The translations under genes and the position numbers were made by a program. A DNA stretch of 32,000 nucleotides from the NCBI RefSeq assembly GCF_000010065.1, contig NC_006576.1, forward strand, positions 1,740,001-1,772,000, in the 5' to 3' direction. Under the pieces are notes generated by a model that searched no databases, had not been told where the DNA came from, and saw only the letters and a program-made list of their open reading frames with translations. Origin of the DNA: Synechococcus elongatus PCC 6301 (GTDB taxonomy: Bacteria > Cyanobacteriota > Cyanobacteriia > Synechococcales > Synechococcaceae). Below, piece by piece: positions 29,228 through 32,000 of the stretch. Each line of letters begins with the position of its first letter. Position 1 is the stretch's first letter.

Positions 29228-29935
29228 CTAAGAGACCGCCAAACGGGTGGCCATTGCCTCGGGCGTAAAGCGATAGCCGACGTTGCGCACGGTTTGCAAA
29301 AGTTGTGGCGCCTGCGGGTTCTGTTCCAGCTTCTTGCGCAGCGACAGGATGTGCGTATCCACGGTGCGCGGGTTATCGATCGCATTCGGCCAAGCCCGCT
29401 GCAACAGATCGGAGCGACTCAAGGGTTGTCCTTGGGCTTGCACCAAAACGTAAAGCAAGCTGAACTCCTGGGGCGTCAAATCGATCGCGCGGCCGTGATG
29501 TTCCACTCGCCGCTGCACGAGGTCAACGACCAAATCTCCAAATTCAAGGCGGCTCAGCGGTTGGGGTCGCTGACGACGCAATAGGGCTTGAACCCGAGCC
29601 AGAAACTCTTGCAGGCCAAAGGGCTTTTTCAGGTAGTCATCAGCGCCCGCTTGCAGCCCAGCCACTACATCGGCTTCGCTCGATCGCGCCGAAATCATTA
29701 AAATCAATGCCGCCAAGTCCTGAGCTTGCAGCCAGCGACAGTATTCTAGACCGCTACCATCGGGTAGGTCGATCGCCAAGACAATCAAGCTAGGACATTG
29801 CGATCGCAGCAGTTGCCGCGCTTCACTCAACCCTGCCGCTAGCCCCACTTCCAACCCTAATTGGCTCAGGTGCCAGCGCAGGAGCGATCGCAGTTGGGGA
29901 TTGCCTTCGATGACATGGACGATCGCGGTCGTCAC
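29228..29935 (-). CDS. OmpR/PhoB-family response regulator with an atypical receiver domain
   Basis: GTG start. The receiver-like N-terminal half has LIVLAIDLPDGSG, LMISARSS and DDYLKKPF. The winged-helix C-terminal half has LTPQEFSLLYVLV, VDTHILSLRKKL and LQTVRNVGYRF. Confidence 0.85.
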   Translation of the reverse strand: MTTAIVHVIEGNPQLRSLLRWHLSQLGLEVGLAAGLSEARQLLRSQCPSLIVLAIDLPDGSGLEYCRWLQAQDLAALILMISARSSEADVVAGLQAGADDYLKKPFGLQEFLARVQALLRRQRPQPLSRLEFGDLVVDLVQRRVEHHGRAIDLTPQEFSLLYVLVQAQGQPLSRSDLLQRAWPNAIDNPRTVDTHILSLRKKLEQNPQAPQLLQTVRNVGYRFTPEAMATRLAVS

Positions 29936-30198
29936 ACTGAACGCGCTCTTGGGAGTTGTGACTTTAACCTAGCAAGCTGTCCATTGTGGCTTCTGTATTC
30001 GCCTTTACGAGCGCGACTTCGAGCACCCGTTGTCTTCCTCGGAACCGCGATCGCGGTCGAAGCTGTCTATGATCGAAAAGTGATCTTTAACCTCTTCTTC
30101 CAAATCTGAGCTGCTAACTTTTGGCAAGCTCAAGAAAAGATGAGAGGCCTGACCACGCAAGGTCCGATACTCTATCGACGGTGCAGGGGGGGAGCACA

Positions 30199-30450
30199 AT
30201 GTTGCAGGATACAGATACCGTTCGCCACTATCAGCGGCTGACCGACGCCATGGTGCAATTGTGGGAGCGTGGTTATCGGCCTGATGACATTCGCCTCTAC
30301 ATCGAAGGCTACTTGGCCGCCCTGCGCCAAAACGGCAGCATTGAAGCCTTTTGGCTGCACCGCCTCGAAGAGCAGGTGATTCGTTTCCTTTACGATCCCT
30401 CCAACTTTGAGGTCTATCCCTACCCGCAAGCCCAACGCGATCGCTACTAA
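30199..30450 (+). CDS. Conserved-looking small hypothetical protein (83 aa)
   Basis: ATG 30199 is preceded by a GGGGGGA purine run. The ORF-track start at 30121 adds a poorly coding-like extension. The product is MLQDTDTVRHYQRLTDAMVQLWERGYRPDDIRLYIEGYLAALRQ... and I recognise no family. Confidence 0.55.
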   Translation: MLQDTDTVRHYQRLTDAMVQLWERGYRPDDIRLYIEGYLAALRQNGSIEAFWLHRLEEQVIRFLYDPSNFEVYPYPQAQRDRY

Positions 30451-30618
30451 ATTCAGCTGCGCTGATCGACACGAATGTTGCCCATCTTCTAGAGCTGGCT
30501 TGAAGGCGGAAACAGTGCCTATTGCTATTCAGCTCGTGGGGGTCAGTCTTTGGTCACTGCTGCATCGGGACGAATTCCTATCGATAATGCAAGGGCAGGG
30601 TCTGGATTTAGGTTGCGC

Positions 30619-31317
30619 ATGGATCGACAGCAACAGCTTCGTCGCCTTCAGGGAGGTCTGATTGTTTCCTGTCAGGCACCTGCGGATTCTCCCCTGCATC
30701 AGCCAGAGATCATTGCCGCGATCGCAGTCGCAGCAGTTCAGCGTGGAGCTGTGGGCATTCGCTTGGATACGCCTGAACATGTGCGTGCCGTGCGCGATCG
30801 CCTACCGGAAACACCAATTATTGGCCTCTGGAAACGTACCTTTCCCGATAGCTCGGTCTACATTACGCCCCGCTACGTCGAAGCAGAAGCGATCGCGGCG
30901 GCCGGAGCCGACATTGTTGCCTTGGATTGCACCCTGCGCCCCCGCCCGGATGGCGAGGATTTTTGCCAAATCATTCCGCGCCTTCAGCAAGAACTCGGCT
31001 GTGCCGTGATGGCCGACATCGACACTCTAGAAGCAGCGATCGCGGCTGCCAAGGCAGGAGCTGATTTAGTCGGAACCACGCTCTACGGCTACACGGAAGC
31101 TACTCAGGGGCAAACCCCGCCGGGCTGGGATCTGTTAGAGACCGCCGCTCAACAATTGCCCAATACACCCGTGATCTGCGAAGGGGGAATTGCCAGTGCT
31201 CAAGCTGCCCGCCAAGCCTGCGATCGCGGCGCGTTTGCGGTTGTTGTCGGAACGGCGATTACAGGCATTGATCTGCAGGTCCAAGCCTACGTGACAGCTC
31301 TCAATGCAAGGCCCTAG
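30619..31317 (+). CDS. nanE: Putative N-acetylmannosamine-6-phosphate 2-epimerase (NanE family)
   Basis: ATG 30619 (the ORF track starts at 30550). LQGGLIVSCQA..DSPLH, AVGIRLD, GADIVALDCT, MADIDTLEAA..A..AGADLVGTTLYGYT and EGGI....A match NanE TIM-barrel blocks. Confidence 0.8.
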   Translation: MDRQQQLRRLQGGLIVSCQAPADSPLHQPEIIAAIAVAAVQRGAVGIRLDTPEHVRAVRDRLPETPIIGLWKRTFPDSSVYITPRYVEAEAIAAAGADIVALDCTLRPRPDGEDFCQIIPRLQQELGCAVMADIDTLEAAIAAAKAGADLVGTTLYGYTEATQGQTPPGWDLLETAAQQLPNTPVICEGGIASAQAARQACDRGAFAVVVGTAITGIDLQVQAYVTALNARP

Positions 31318-31413
31318 ATTGTCACTCAGATTATCTTCAAGGGGGACCCCCCCGCGCTAGGATGCTTTAGCCCTTGGTTGTTGGGCAAGCTTTTTCGGTA
31401 AGAGGATCCGTCG

Positions 31414-32000
31414 TTGACTCGTCGATATCTGTTCACCTCGGAATCGGTGACCGAGGGCCATCCTGACAAAATTTGTGACCAAATCTCGGATACGATTCTC
31501 GACGCTCTGCTGACGGAAGACCCCAGTAGCCGCGTTGCTGCTGAGGTAGTCGTCAACACCGGCTTGGTCTTGATTACAGGTGAAGTATCGACCCAAGCGC
31601 AGACCAACCTGATTGACCTTGCCCGTCGCAAAATTGCTGAGACTGGCTACACCGGCGAAGACAGTGGCTTTGGCGCCAATAACTGTACGGTCTTGATTGC
31701 TCTCGATAAGCAGTCGCCTGACATCGCTCAAGGCGTCGATACGGCCCAAGAACAGCGTCAGGCTTCGAGCGATGAACGCTTTGACAGCATTGGAGCCGGT
31801 GACCAAGGCATCATGTTTGGCTATGCCTGCAACGAAGCGCCGGAGCTGATGCCGCTGCCGATCAGCCTTTCGCACCGTTTGGCACGTCAGTTGGCGGTGG
31901 TTCGCCACAATGGCCAGCTCGACTATCTGCGACCGGACGGCAAAACCCAAGTCACGATCGCTTATGAAGATGGCAAGCCCGTCGCGATCGACACGATCTT
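31414..32000 (+). CDS. metK: S-adenosylmethionine synthetase (5' part, continues past the window end)
   Basis: Hand translation from TTG 31414 gives [32 protein letters not shown]...[38 protein letters not shown] lies 7 nt upstream and an in-frame TAA is at 31399. It is absent from the ORF track because there is no stop inside the window. Confidence 0.93.
   Translation, partial: MTRRYLFTSESVTEGHPDKICDQISDTILDALLTEDPSSRVAAEVVVNTGLVLITGEVSTQAQTNLIDLARRKIAETGYTGEDSGFGANNCTVLIALDKQSPDIAQGVDTAQEQRQASSDERFDSIGAGDQGIMFGYACNEAPELMPLPISLSHRLARQLAVVRHNGQLDYLRPDGKTQVTIAYEDGKPVAIDTI

Noticed and set aside
31357-31950. 197-aa - strand ORF at the right edge
   Set aside because: It is antisense to an unmistakable metK reading frame, which the track omits because it has no stop inside the window.

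Overview
The window looks like a cyanobacterial chromosome segment. The flanks are GC-rich and full of the HIP1 octamer GCGATCGC. Gene content and order fit the Synechococcus elongatus lineage, but that assignment is inference only.

The left flank holds the tail of a solute-binding gene, a livHMGF-type ABC transporter, gyrB, miaA, two small hypothetical genes and ndhO. The right flank holds psb28-2, a TIGR01777-type epimerase, argH, a GAF-PP2C phosphatase, ftsY, nusB, a DUF502 protein, an HpsJ-like membrane protein, dnaK, aroE, an OmpR-type regulator, a nanE-like gene and the 5' part of metK.

Between them, at about 8.24-16.8 kb, lies a visibly A/T-richer, HIP1-poor island that holds every pilin-related gene in the window. 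It has two tandem, diverged copies of a three-gene minor-pilin cassette. Each copy encodes a large Glu5-less PilX/GspK-like protein, a small PilV/GspI-like pseudopilin and a PilW/GspJ-like pseudopilin.

The second PilW-like gene carries an (S/T)P-repeat linker, encoded by a 54-bp tandem repeat, plus an extra C-terminal module. A P4H-like 2OG-Fe(II) oxygenase gene follows it directly. A single FimT/GspH-like pseudopilin gene converges on the oxygenase gene.

The strongest lead is this two-tip-cassette, one-adaptor arrangement together with the oxygenase next to a proline-repeat pilin. I recognised no rRNA, tRNA, CRISPR array, IS element or integrase.
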